Below, one piece after another: positions 16,308 through 25,268 of a DNA stretch of 44,825 nt; within the stretch, counting starts at the first letter, position 1, and every line of letters begins with the position of its first letter. The notes beneath the pieces are model-generated. The model had not been told where the DNA came from, searched no databases, and worked only from the letters and a program-made list of their open reading frames with translations. The stretch is taken from the sequence record NC_073087.1. One strand, written 5' to 3'. The translations under genes were made by a program, and so were the position numbers. The DNA comes from Escherichia phage Gluttony_ev152.

Positions 16308-16852
16308 AATTACTATTCCGCCGCAACCACGACGGCTGTATCGTGGAGCCGGTCCAGGTAATGGCCTTGACTAAGAACGTGCTCCTATGCCACCAGGCAA
16401 GCGGCAAAGTATTCCGCACGCCAACCAGCACGCTGCCGCAGTTCTTCACAGTCCACACCCACGATATTGAGCGCGGCGATGTGCTGCGTGATATTCGCGA
16501 CGGGCAACTGTGGGTCGTCGAGTACACCTCCCAGCACGGCTTGCGTATGCAGACCCGCAAGGGCGGCGTAGTGGGTAACGTTCAGAGGGGTATGACCTAC
16601 TTCGGGCTAATCCACTTTGAGCGAGTGGGTCGCAAGTACAGCCTTCGCGACCGCCAGCCGCATGAGTGCGCTACTTACGACGCGACCCAGGTGCAATCTA
16701 AAATTCGCCGGGCCACGCGTGAGATAGTCAATCGCTTTGATGCCGTGACGAATGCGCAGCGCCATGCGCAGGAATACGGCGTTGGATTCATCCGGGTAGA
16801 ACGAGACGGCAGCATGAACGCCATTGACCCGCGCTCGGTGATTCTGAAATGA
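16304..16852 (+). CDS. hypothetical protein (182 aa)
   Basis: Track ORF with ATGA start overlap to upstream gene. Confidence 0.55.
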   Translation: MKLLFRRNHDGCIVEPVQVMALTKNVLLCHQASGKVFRTPTSTLPQFFTVHTHDIERGDVLRDIRDGQLWVVEYTSQHGLRMQTRKGGVVGNVQRGMTYFGLIHFERVGRKYSLRDRQPHECATYDATQVQSKIRRATREIVNRFDAVTNAQRHAQEYGVGFIRVERDGSMNAIDPRSVILK

Positions 16853-16989
16853 GTGCGGCTATCCGTGATATGCTGATGCACAACCGCTTTGAGATCGGCG
16901 GTCGGGTGTTTCGTAACTACTTCGTGGCGCGTGCCTGGGCGCGCCATATTGGCAAACCAGAGGGGGCAATACGATGCTACACGATTTGA
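16849..16989 (+). CDS. small hypothetical protein (46 aa)
   Basis: ATG overlapping stop of upstream gene (ATGA); not in track (below 60 aa); begins MSAAIRDMLMHNRF. Confidence 0.3.
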   Translation: MSAAIRDMLMHNRFEIGGRVFRNYFVARAWARHIGKPEGAIRCYTI

Positions 16990-17261
16990 TATATTGGTTT
17001 GGATTGGGGTGCGCGACACTCTTTGCTACGGTGCTGGCGCTGTTGGTATGGGTATTCCTGATTTGGCCCGCCGTAGAAGCTGCCAGCATTACCCGGATGA
17101 CGTTCCAGATATACAAGCGCCGGGGCATCACGGAGCACCCTACCAGGTTGCGCATGTGGTGGCTATGGTATCGGGATATGATAGGGGGCAGGATGTTCGA
17201 GGCCGTCCGATCGGAAGGGTGGGAGTGGAAAGGCGTCGGCAAGTGGTCAATTTTCGATTAA
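16974..17261 (+). CDS. small membrane protein
   Basis: 95 aa with long hydrophobic N-terminal helix LGCATLFATVLALLVWVFLIW. Confidence 0.45.
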   Translation: MLHDLIYWFGLGCATLFATVLALLVWVFLIWPAVEAASITRMTFQIYKRRGITEHPTRLRMWWLWYRDMIGGRMFEAVRSEGWEWKGVGKWSIFD

Positions 17262-17312
17262 TTATGCAAGCGTGATATAGTCCCAGTGAGATAAACTTAC
17301 TGGGACTTTTTT

Positions 17313-17603
17313 ATGGATAAGCTAAACGAGTGGTTATTCGCCCTCGCATGTCTGGCTGGCGGCTTCGTAGGCGCACGCATTCACGGCGAGGCTACGAAGG
17401 GGCCATTAAACTTCGTTTTATATATCGTGGTAGGCTTTCTGTGTGCCATATTTGGTGCGCCAGCTATTGCCGAGTGGGCTGGCTTATCTGGCGAGCGCAC
17501 TGTCGCCGGTTTGGGCTTCGTAACTGCAATCTTCTGGATGCCAATCGCCGACCGGATCAGGGAGACTATTGCGTCGTTCCGACTTCCGGGGGGTGCAAAA
17601 TGA
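17313..17603 (+). CDS. putative holin (multi-TM membrane protein)
   Basis: 96 aa with about 3 hydrophobic helices, immediately upstream of the endolysin. Confidence 0.5.
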   Translation: MDKLNEWLFALACLAGGFVGARIHGEATKGPLNFVLYIVVGFLCAIFGAPAIAEWAGLSGERTVAGLGFVTAIFWMPIADRIRETIASFRLPGGAK

Positions 17604-17845
17604 TTATCTCCGTCCTGTTGTTTGTTATCATAGGGGCTTCGTCCCTGTTTAACGTGTATGCGCCGTCCGTACAGGATGGCATTTTAGGCCGGGTGCTGTA
17701 TCTGTTAACGGCAATGGTCTGTATTATCGGATTGTTGCAAACAGGAGACGTATCTGACACCACCTGGACCGCGTTAATCTGGCTGTTTGCATTGCGCACG
17801 CTGCGTAATGCTGTTTTGAATGGGGTAAAACATGCGATTCAGTGA
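17600..17845 (+). CDS. putative holin/antiholin-like membrane protein
   Basis: In-frame ATG at 17600 (ATGA overlap with upstream gene) within track ORF 17330..17845; 81 aa with about 3 hydrophobic helices; overlaps endolysin start. Confidence 0.45.
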   Translation: MIISVLLFVIIGASSLFNVYAPSVQDGILGRVLYLLTAMVCIIGLLQTGDVSDTTWTALIWLFALRTLRNAVLNGVKHAIQ

Positions 17846-18323
17846 CAACGGTCTACGATTTACGGCAGCATGGGAGACGTTTAGCCCGGTGCCGTATTTC
17901 GCGACTAAGAAAGAGCAGGCCCGCGGCCTGTACACCTGGGGTTATGGTCACACTGGCACTAACCCGCCTCGAAGCATTACCCGCGAGGAAGCGCTGGAAC
18001 TGCTCAAGCGCGATGTGGCGTATGCGGAGGATTGGGTGAACAAATACGCACATCCGAGCATTAACCAGGCGCAATTCGACGCGCTGGTGGATCTGGTAAT
18101 CAACGCCGGTCCGGGTCCGATCGTACCGGATGACGTCTCGAACGACTTTGATGATGCGGTGCGACTGGGAGACTGGGAGAAGGTCCGTGCTATTCTGCCG
18201 CAGTTCCGCAAGCAAGGCGGGTCGGTGCTCTTAGGTCTGGTCCGTCGCGCAATTGGCAGACAGGCGTTGTTTGATGGTAAGCAGTGGGACGTTGCCGAGC
18301 GAATCGGGCGTAACGCAGCATAA
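17832..18323 (+). CDS. endolysin, phage lysozyme (GH24-like)
   Basis: AAWETFSPVPYF ... GLYTWGYGHTG matches the E-x8-D/T ... GYGHT core of T4/lambda-type lysozymes; no SAR-type hydrophobic N-terminus. Confidence 0.8.
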   Translation: MRFSDNGLRFTAAWETFSPVPYFATKKEQARGLYTWGYGHTGTNPPRSITREEALELLKRDVAYAEDWVNKYAHPSINQAQFDALVDLVINAGPGPIVPDDVSNDFDDAVRLGDWEKVRAILPQFRKQGGSVLLGLVRRAIGRQALFDGKQWDVAERIGRNAA

Positions 18324-18339
18324 TACGAGGTAACACAGT

Positions 18340-18750
18340 ATGTTAAAAAGCATTCTTGATCATAACGCTGACGCGCTCGCCGCGCTGGCTAAAACCGAAG
18401 ACCCTGGCGCACGCGCTATCATCGCGGACACTATCAGCCACGCCGGGGTCTTCGATGCGAAGCTGCCTAGCGTGCCGGAAAGTAAGCCGGTGGCAAGTGC
18501 GACCATAACCATCACCCCAGTGTCAGCCGCAGTCGGTGCGAAGGCCGCCGCGTCTGTTGCCGTCCTGCCATCCGACGCAACTAACAAGGCGGGGAAGTGG
18601 GTGTCCGCAAACCCGGAATGCGCGGCAATCAATCAGGCTACCGGCGAAATCACAGCAAAATCGGAGGGTGGTGTCCACATCTTTTGGGTGGCATCCGATG
18701 GTAGCGGGGCGATGGCGTCCGCCATCTTCACCGTAACGGAAGCAGGATAA
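18340..18750 (+). CDS. bacterial Ig-like (Big_2-type) domain protein
   Basis: C-terminal VLPSDATNKAGKWVSANPECAAINQATGEITAKSEGGVHIFWVASDG resembles Big_2 fold signature; followed by intrinsic terminator. Confidence 0.55.
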   Translation: MLKSILDHNADALAALAKTEDPGARAIIADTISHAGVFDAKLPSVPESKPVASATITITPVSAAVGAKAAASVAVLPSDATNKAGKWVSANPECAAINQATGEITAKSEGGVHIFWVASDGSGAMASAIFTVTEAG

Positions 18751-18759
18751 TAAAACCAC

Positions 18760-18786
18760 AAGCCCGGTTAATTCCGGGCTTTTTAT
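18760..18786 (+). terminator. intrinsic terminator
   Basis: GCCCGGTTAATTCCGGGC hairpin followed by TTTTTAT after Ig-like gene. Confidence 0.65.
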
Positions 18787-18849
18787 TGCTTGACTTGCAA
18801 CCAACTATCAGACCATACTGCGACCAACCAACGAGAGGAGTAGTAAACT

Positions 18850-18930
18850 ATGGCACGTAATGATATTTGGGTATTGGCAATCTGGTCAGCCGCCGCATTT
18901 ATCGGTATGGTTATTTGCGAATTGCTATAA
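18850..18930 (+). CDS. small hydrophobic peptide (26 aa)
   Basis: Strong RBS GAGAGGAG 8 nt upstream of ATG; MARNDIWVLAIWSAAAFIGMVICELL; not in track. Confidence 0.3.
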   Translation: MARNDIWVLAIWSAAAFIGMVICELL

Positions 18931-18991
18931 CCAGCCGCAGTAGGGACCGTGGTATATTGTCCTCGGACCAATAACCAGGAAGTTAATTAAT

Positions 18992-20134
18992 ATGCACCCG
19001 CAAACTAAAATCACCGACGAGCAATTGATCGACGAGTTGCAATCCGGCACTACCGCGAAAGAGATTGCGAAGAAGTACGGAATTGCTCTTCGAAACGTCT
19101 ACATGCGCAAAGCCCGCCTATCGAAGAAAGGGATTGGTCACGGCAACGATGACGTAATCCGTAAGCGCGTTGCCGATGGCTTTGGGGTTAAGCGCGTATC
19201 GGCCCTGGTGCGCGGTAATGGCGAAGAGGTCATGTCGTGGGTCATCACTGAGCAGGACAAGGAGCGCCAACTCGAAGCTATGCGCGCTGTTGTCGAGGGT
19301 ATGAACAGCGAAATCACACCGGCAGCGCCAGTAAACGCCCCGCCAGTACCGATCCAGGCGCTAGACTTGCTCAACTTGTACACCGTGTCCGACTTCCACC
19401 TGGGCATGTTGGCCTGGGGCGAGGAGACTGGCGAGGATTGGGATATGGCGATTGCCGAAGACCTGTTCTACCGCTGGTTTGTCGAAGCCTTCGCACGCGC
19501 ACCGGACGCAGGCACTGCCGTAATTAATATCCTCGGTGATATGGCGCATTTTGATAGCCTTGATGCCGTCACACCGGCAAGTGGTCACGTACTGGACGCG
19601 GATACCCGCTACCAGAAGCTGGTCCGCTACATGATTCGCATGGTGCGCAACGTGGTGGAACTGGCGCTGCAAAAACACCACAAAGTCAAACTGCTAATCG
19701 TCCAGGGGAATCATGACGAGTCTGGCATGATTTGGCTGGCTGAAATGTTCAATACGCTGTACGAGAACGAGCCGCGCGTCGATGTGGATACATCCCCGGA
19801 CGTATACAAAATGGTGCAGCACGGCAAGACAACGCTGTTCTTCCACCACGGGCACAAAGCGCGATTCGATGTTATCGAGCAGGTTATGATCGCTAAATTC
19901 AGACAGGCGTTCGGGTCGAGCGAATACAGCTACGCGCACGTAGGCCATTTGCACCACCAGAAGATTGTTGAATCCCGCAACATGATTGTTGAACAGCACA
20001 GGACGCTCGCAGCGAAAGACGCCTACGCCAGTCGTGGTGGTTGGATGTCCGGTCGCAGCGCCAACGTCATTACCTACAGCGCCAACTACGGCGAAGTAGC
20101 GCGCTTAACCATTAGCCCGGAAATGTTGAAGTAA
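18992..20134 (+). CDS. HTH domain fused to calcineurin-like metallophosphoesterase
   Basis: N-terminal TAKEIAKKYGIALRNVYMRK HTH-like segment; phosphoesterase motifs SDFHLG, GDMAHFD, GNHDE, HHGH, GHLHH in canonical order. Confidence 0.7.
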   Translation: MHPQTKITDEQLIDELQSGTTAKEIAKKYGIALRNVYMRKARLSKKGIGHGNDDVIRKRVADGFGVKRVSALVRGNGEEVMSWVITEQDKERQLEAMRAVVEGMNSEITPAAPVNAPPVPIQALDLLNLYTVSDFHLGMLAWGEETGEDWDMAIAEDLFYRWFVEAFARAPDAGTAVINILGDMAHFDSLDAVTPASGHVLDADTRYQKLVRYMIRMVRNVVELALQKHHKVKLLIVQGNHDESGMIWLAEMFNTLYENEPRVDVDTSPDVYKMVQHGKTTLFFHHGHKARFDVIEQVMIAKFRQAFGSSEYSYAHVGHLHHQKIVESRNMIVEQHRTLAAKDAYASRGGWMSGRSANVITYSANYGEVARLTISPEMLK

Positions 20135-20146
20135 CGGCAGCCAGTA

Positions 20147-20181
20147 AGCCACCCAGCCTGCCGATTTGGTGGGCTTTTTTG
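20147..20181 (+). terminator. intrinsic terminator
   Basis: GCCACCCA...TTGGTGGGC hairpin followed by TTTTTT after phosphoesterase gene. Confidence 0.55.
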
Positions 20182-20264
20182 TGCCTGTTATAATCCACCT
20201 TAGATGGCAGGGCCGTCTCCTATGTTGCCGATGGTCGGCGCATATGCACAAAAGGGCTTATATC

Positions 20265-20816
20265 ATGGCAGAAATTAAAGTTAAGGGCCGACGCGCCAAA
20301 CTGGACGGACGAGTAGCAGTAACCCCGCGCCGCAAACCAGGCGAGCAAACCGAGCATACCAATCTCGGACCTGAAATCGAGTACGGAAAGCGCCGTAAAG
20401 GCGGCAAATGTGGACGCCCTACTGACTACCGATCCGTTTACTGCGACCAGCTTCGCCGCTATTTTGCCGACGCCGACGCCTGGCAGGTAAACTACTCCGA
20501 TAAAGGCGCTGCGCAAGTAATCCCCCGCAACAAAATGCCAACCTTCGGTCGATTTGCCGCGGAAATCGGCGTGGGCGTAGCTTGCCTGTATCGCTGGGCG
20601 CGCGCACATGAGGAGTTCGCCGAGGCTATGGCTGACGCTATGGAGCTACAGAAAACATTCCTGATGGAAGCTGGCGGCGTGACCATCGCGGCAGGCTTCG
20701 CTACCTTCCTGCTTAAAGCCAACCACGGCGTCCGGGACGATGTGCCGCTGGATGACGACGAAGATGATAACGGCGACGTCGTTGTGGAACCTACCGGCAA
20801 AGGCCAGGGTGATTAA
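20265..20816 (+). CDS. terminase small subunit
   Basis: Immediately upstream of and overlapping terminase large subunit (TAATG); GRPTDY segment and acidic C-terminus typical of TerS; start at internal ATG (M34 of track ORF), first ATG lies in terminator region. Confidence 0.6.
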   Translation: MAEIKVKGRRAKLDGRVAVTPRRKPGEQTEHTNLGPEIEYGKRRKGGKCGRPTDYRSVYCDQLRRYFADADAWQVNYSDKGAAQVIPRNKMPTFGRFAAEIGVGVACLYRWARAHEEFAEAMADAMELQKTFLMEAGGVTIAAGFATFLLKANHGVRDDVPLDDDEDDNGDVVVEPTGKGQGD

Positions 20817-22201
20817 TGCGTAACTATGCGGCAGAACATCGCGCCCTTGAACGAGCGATCGCAAAGCGAAACCGACCGCCGCGCCCGACACGCGTTGCGC
20901 AGGCCGTCCGCCTTTACCAGCCTGATTGCTTGCCGCACCAGGTTGAACTACTGCGCGACACGAAGACTAAAATACTCGGCCTGTGTTCCGGCTTCGGCGG
21001 TGGAAAGTCGTGGGTCGCTGCGCGTAAGGTCATCCAGCTTTTAACCCTGAACCCAGGTCATGACGGCATCGTTACAGAACCGACTATTCCGCTCCTGGTT
21101 AAAATCATGTATCCGGAACTGGAGAAGGCATTCGACGAGGCTGGATTCCGGTGGAAGTTCAATAAGCAGGACAAGATTTATAGCGTGCTGGTGAAAGGGA
21201 AATGGACCCGCGTTATCTGTGAATCAATGGAGAACTATACCCGCCTGATCGGGGTCAACGCCGCATGGATTGTCGCCGATGAATTCGACACTACTAAGCA
21301 AGACGTCGCGCTGGCGGCGTATCACAAATTGCTCGGTCGTCTGCGTGCGGGCTTTGTCCGCCAGTTCGTCATCGTGTCCACCCCGGAAGGCTACCGGGCG
21401 ATGTATCAGATTTTCGAAGTGGAGAAGGATAGCCAGAAACGTTTGATCCGGGCGAAGACTACCGATAATCACCACTTACCGCCAGACTTTATCGACACGC
21501 TGCGCAGTCAGTATCCCGCTAACCTGATCGATGCGTACCTGAACGGCCTGTTTGTAAACCTTACGTCGGGCGCGGTATACAAGATGTTCAACCGGGAGGA
21601 GAACGCAAGCACCGAAGAAGTGCAGCCCGACGACACGCTGATTATCGGTATGGACTTTAACGTCACGAAAATGGCGGCGGTCGTGTACGTCAGACGGCAG
21701 CGCATCACCGAAAACAAGGAGTTCCGCGACGAGATACACGCAGTGGATGAATTTGTGGACCTGTTTGACACCCCAGCTATGATTGAGGCGATCGAGGAGC
21801 GCTACCCGGAACATTGTGCCGCCGGTAGGGTCGTCGTTTACCCGGATAGCAGCGGCAAATCCCGCAAGACGGTCAACGCGTCGTCGTCCGATATCGCACA
21901 ACTGGAAGACGCGGGCTTCGAGGTGGAGTATGACAGCGTTAACCCGCCTGTGAAAGACCGACTGATCGCGATGAATACGATGATGTGCAACTCGAAGGGC
22001 GTGCGCCAGTATTTTGTCAACCTGGATAAATGCCCTACACTAGCGAAATGTCTGGAACAGCAGGTTTACGACCTGAAGAAAGGCGAGCCGGATAAAACCG
22101 CCGGGGTGGACCACATGAACGATGCCGCGGGTTATCCAATTGCGCACCTGTTCCCTGTGATTCGTCCAATCGCCGTTGTTCCTACCGTAGATTTCTACTA
22201 A
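20816..22201 (+). CDS. terminase large subunit
   Basis: 461 aa; Walker A-like GFGGGKS; ATPase plus C-terminal nuclease region; canonical position before portal. Confidence 0.85.
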   Translation: MRNYAAEHRALERAIAKRNRPPRPTRVAQAVRLYQPDCLPHQVELLRDTKTKILGLCSGFGGGKSWVAARKVIQLLTLNPGHDGIVTEPTIPLLVKIMYPELEKAFDEAGFRWKFNKQDKIYSVLVKGKWTRVICESMENYTRLIGVNAAWIVADEFDTTKQDVALAAYHKLLGRLRAGFVRQFVIVSTPEGYRAMYQIFEVEKDSQKRLIRAKTTDNHHLPPDFIDTLRSQYPANLIDAYLNGLFVNLTSGAVYKMFNREENASTEEVQPDDTLIIGMDFNVTKMAAVVYVRRQRITENKEFRDEIHAVDEFVDLFDTPAMIEAIEERYPEHCAAGRVVVYPDSSGKSRKTVNASSSDIAQLEDAGFEVEYDSVNPPVKDRLIAMNTMMCNSKGVRQYFVNLDKCPTLAKCLEQQVYDLKKGEPDKTAGVDHMNDAAGYPIAHLFPVIRPIAVVPTVDFY

Positions 22202-22212
22202 GGAAACCGACC

Positions 22213-23733
22213 ATGACCGTTAACGTTGACAACCAGCACCCGCTCTATGCGCGCATCGCGCCAGAGTGGAAAATGATCCGTGACTGCGTAGCAGGGGAGC
22301 GCGCCGTGAAGGCGTGCGGGCCATTGTACCTGCCACACCCAGCCAGCGGCGACACTACCGACACGAAATCGCGGGCGCGGTATAAGGCGTACAAGCAACG
22401 CGCTGTATTCCTGAACGCCACCGCCCGCACACTTAACGCGCTGTTAGGCGTCGCCTTTGCAAAACCTGTAAGTCTGGACCTTTCCGGGGCGATGGCTGAC
22501 CTGATTGACGACGTAGACGGCAGCGGTATGCCATTGCCGCAACTTCTGCGCGGTGCTATGTCGGAAGTTCTGCAATCGGGACGCGCGGGCTTTATGGTGG
22601 ACTACGACCGCCAGGCTAACTTTGATGAACTGGGTAACGTAGTGCCACAGACAGCCGCCGAGATGGCGGCACACCGACCGCTTATCCGCCTGTATACGGC
22701 AGAGCAGATCATCAACTGGCGGCAGACACACGGCGTCGATACGCTAATTGTGCTGAAGGAAACGGACGAAATCAGCACCGAAGACCCGGACGATTTCGCA
22801 AACCACGAAGTAACAATCTGGACCGAGCTTCGCATGATTGACGGCAAGGCACACGCCCGCCGCTGGTTTTACAACGCGGACACGTCCGAAGTGAAGATGG
22901 ACTTGCCGCGAGGATTCACCAGAACCGATCTTGTGCCGTTGGTGGATGCTTCCGGTAATGCGCTTACGCAACTACCGTTTTGCTGGTGCGGTGCGGTGGA
23001 CAACAACGCAACGCCTGACGCCGCTCCGCTGGCGGATATCGCATCCATCAACATTAAGCACTACAACGCCGAAGCGGACGTCGCCGAGATCGCGCACATC
23101 GTGGGTCAGCCTACCCTGGTTGCGACGGGCTTGACTCAATCATGGGCTGACAAGAACCTGAAGGGAGGCATTGCCCTCGGTGCGACTAAGGGCGTTATCC
23201 TGGGCCAGAACATGGACGCTAAACTGATCCAGGCGGAGGAGCGCAACTTGTCGGTTGCACTGTGTGAGCGTCGCGAATTGCAAATGGCTAAACTAGGCGC
23301 AGCCCTGGTCGAGAAGGGGACCGCACCTAAGACGGCAACCGAGGCGGCCTACGATGCGCAGACTGATAACAGTATCCTGTCGCTTATCGCCGGTAACGTT
23401 GAGAAGGCTTTCAACCGTGCGCTGCAAATCGTGCAGCTATTCACGGGCGACACCGCCGACCAGCGCGTGACGCTGAACAAGTTCTACACTGAAATCACGG
23501 TTGATGCGCAGCTTATGACCGCGATGATGTCGGGTGTGCAGACTGGCACGGTCCGCCTAGCTGACTTCATCAAGTGGATGATGGCGCAGGGCGTCATCGA
23601 CGACTCGCAAACCGTCGAGCAGGTGGAAGACGAATTGCGAAATCAGAATCCATTGCCTCAAATGTCCCCGGATGCGGTAGAATCGACCGAAGAAGACCCG
23701 GACAAGGTAGCGGACAATGGCGAAGACAATTAA
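22213..23733 (+). CDS. portal protein
   Basis: 506 aa following terminase; acidic C-terminus; gene order. Confidence 0.8.
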   Translation: MTVNVDNQHPLYARIAPEWKMIRDCVAGERAVKACGPLYLPHPASGDTTDTKSRARYKAYKQRAVFLNATARTLNALLGVAFAKPVSLDLSGAMADLIDDVDGSGMPLPQLLRGAMSEVLQSGRAGFMVDYDRQANFDELGNVVPQTAAEMAAHRPLIRLYTAEQIINWRQTHGVDTLIVLKETDEISTEDPDDFANHEVTIWTELRMIDGKAHARRWFYNADTSEVKMDLPRGFTRTDLVPLVDASGNALTQLPFCWCGAVDNNATPDAAPLADIASINIKHYNAEADVAEIAHIVGQPTLVATGLTQSWADKNLKGGIALGATKGVILGQNMDAKLIQAEERNLSVALCERRELQMAKLGAALVEKGTAPKTATEAAYDAQTDNSILSLIAGNVEKAFNRALQIVQLFTGDTADQRVTLNKFYTEITVDAQLMTAMMSGVQTGTVRLADFIKWMMAQGVIDDSQTVEQVEDELRNQNPLPQMSPDAVESTEEDPDKVADNGEDN

Positions 23734-24820
23734 TCAAGATATGGCGGATCGAATGATTCGCCGTCACATCTTCACCCAGCGCCTGAGCAATGACCAGGCG
23801 CGAAGGGTGCTGGCTATGTGGGAGAAGTTCCGGCCCGCTTTACTGGGTAAGCTGACCGAGTTACTTGATGGTAAAAAGTCCATGAGCAACAAGGCACTTA
23901 CCACACTTTTAACGCAACTCGACAAGACCGTCAAAACGGAACTGCGCACCGAGTTTAAGGCGCTGGCTGAAAGCCTTCAGGAGTTCGCCGACACCGAGGC
24001 TGATTATCTCGCCGACACATTAACGGCAGCGATCCAGCCAGCGGTCGCCGTACCAGCGGTTGAGGTGGTGAGCGTAGTGACGGGCGCGCAGATTGCAGCG
24101 ACGGCAATGAAAAACCCGTTCCAGGGGAACACCATGATGCAATGGCCTGATTCACTTTCCGAGTGGACCAGGACGCAGATCGGCAATCAGGTGCGCGCCG
24201 GATTCATCCAGGGCAAGCCAACGATGGAAATTATTGCGGACGTGAGGCGCGCGCTAGGCGGTCGTAGTGCGCAAGCAATCTCAAGCGTTGTTAAGTCCGC
24301 GGTCAACCACTATGCGGCGACCGCCCGCGAATTAATGGTAAAAGCTAATGACGATATTCTCGAAGGTCGCCAATGGTTGGCCACATTGGACACGCACACT
24401 TCTCCCATGTGCCAGCTACGCGACCGCCTGTTCTATCCGGTTGATGTTACTCCCGCGACAAAAGGGAAGCGCGGCGGGAAAGTGGTGGCTGGATCACAAT
24501 ATGGCGCTGGTCCTGGCAAGCTGCATTATTGCTGCCGTTCTACGGAGACGTGGAAAGTCAAAGGCATGGAAGATTGGCCCAGTGGTAAGCGTCCGGCACT
24601 GAAGGCTGACGCAGGCAGATTGCTGAGTGAGCAGGTCGACGCGCAGACTGATTTCTTCTCATGGGTGCAGCGCCAGCCGCGCCATATCCTGGAAGAATTA
24701 TATGGAGTGCAACGCGCCGACCAGATTATGCGCGGCATGAAAGTGCCGAAGATGTTCACCGATTCTGGCGAACTGATGACTATTGCACAGCTTAAAAACC
24801 GGGGGTTATGGCGTGATTAA
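23717..24820 (+). CDS. head morphogenesis protein (SPP1 gp7 / Mu F-like)
   Basis: 367 aa directly after portal, overlapping it; typical position and size of minor capsid/head morphogenesis protein. Confidence 0.7.
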   Translation: MAKTINQDMADRMIRRHIFTQRLSNDQARRVLAMWEKFRPALLGKLTELLDGKKSMSNKALTTLLTQLDKTVKTELRTEFKALAESLQEFADTEADYLADTLTAAIQPAVAVPAVEVVSVVTGAQIAATAMKNPFQGNTMMQWPDSLSEWTRTQIGNQVRAGFIQGKPTMEIIADVRRALGGRSAQAISSVVKSAVNHYAATARELMVKANDDILEGRQWLATLDTHTSPMCQLRDRLFYPVDVTPATKGKRGGKVVAGSQYGAGPGKLHYCCRSTETWKVKGMEDWPSGKRPALKADAGRLLSEQVDAQTDFFSWVQRQPRHILEELYGVQRADQIMRGMKVPKMFTDSGELMTIAQLKNRGLWRD

Positions 24821-25142
24821 ATATGCAGCGATTGGACTGGTTATCGGTCTGGCGGTAGGATTCTGGCTAGGTGACTCCTATCGCGCTGGCGTAGTGGCGG
24901 AGGCGGCGCAAGAAGCGCAAGCCCAAGCCCAACGGCAGCAAACTAAAGTAATCGAGCGCTCCGTGCAGGCAGAACAAGCCCGCGACGTGGAATACCGGAC
25001 TATCACAAAAGAGGTTGTTAAATATGTTACGCGCCCTAACCGCCCTGATTGTAGTTTTGACGCTGAGCGCGTGCGGATCAAGCAGCGTGCCGTTGATGCC
25101 GCTAACGGAGTCGGCACTGCGACCGCCGTGCAAGTTCGATAA
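24783..25142 (+). CDS. i-spanin (Rz-like)
   Basis: N-terminal TM helix AAIGLVIGLAVGFWL followed by QA-rich coiled-coil; completely contains the o-spanin ORF in another frame. Alternative start GTG 24813 with GGGGG RBS. Confidence 0.6.
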   Translation: MHSLKTGGYGVIKYAAIGLVIGLAVGFWLGDSYRAGVVAEAAQEAQAQAQRQQTKVIERSVQAEQARDVEYRTITKEVVKYVTRPNRPDCSFDAERVRIKQRAVDAANGVGTATAVQVR

Positions 25143-25254
25143 CCCGTCTGCGGACCCCGACGAAGATTTGATGATTGACGTGAAAAATATGGAATGCGGG
25201 GCGAAGCTGAGGGCGCAGGTGTTGGAGTTGCAGCAAATAATTAAGGGGCCGTAA
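25015..25254 (+). CDS. o-spanin (Rz1-like outer-membrane lipoprotein)
   Basis: Signal peptide with lipobox LTLSAC, Pro-rich mature part; embedded in +1 frame of i-spanin gene; AGAGG RBS. Confidence 0.6.
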   Translation: MLNMLRALTALIVVLTLSACGSSSVPLMPLTESALRPPCKFDNPSADPDEDLMIDVKNMECGAKLRAQVLELQQIIKGP

Positions 25255-25266
25255 TGGCCCCTTTTC
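25243..25266 (+). terminator. intrinsic terminator
   Basis: GGGGCCGTAATGGCCCC plus TTTT overlapping o-spanin stop. Confidence 0.6.
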
Positions 25267-25268
25267 CG

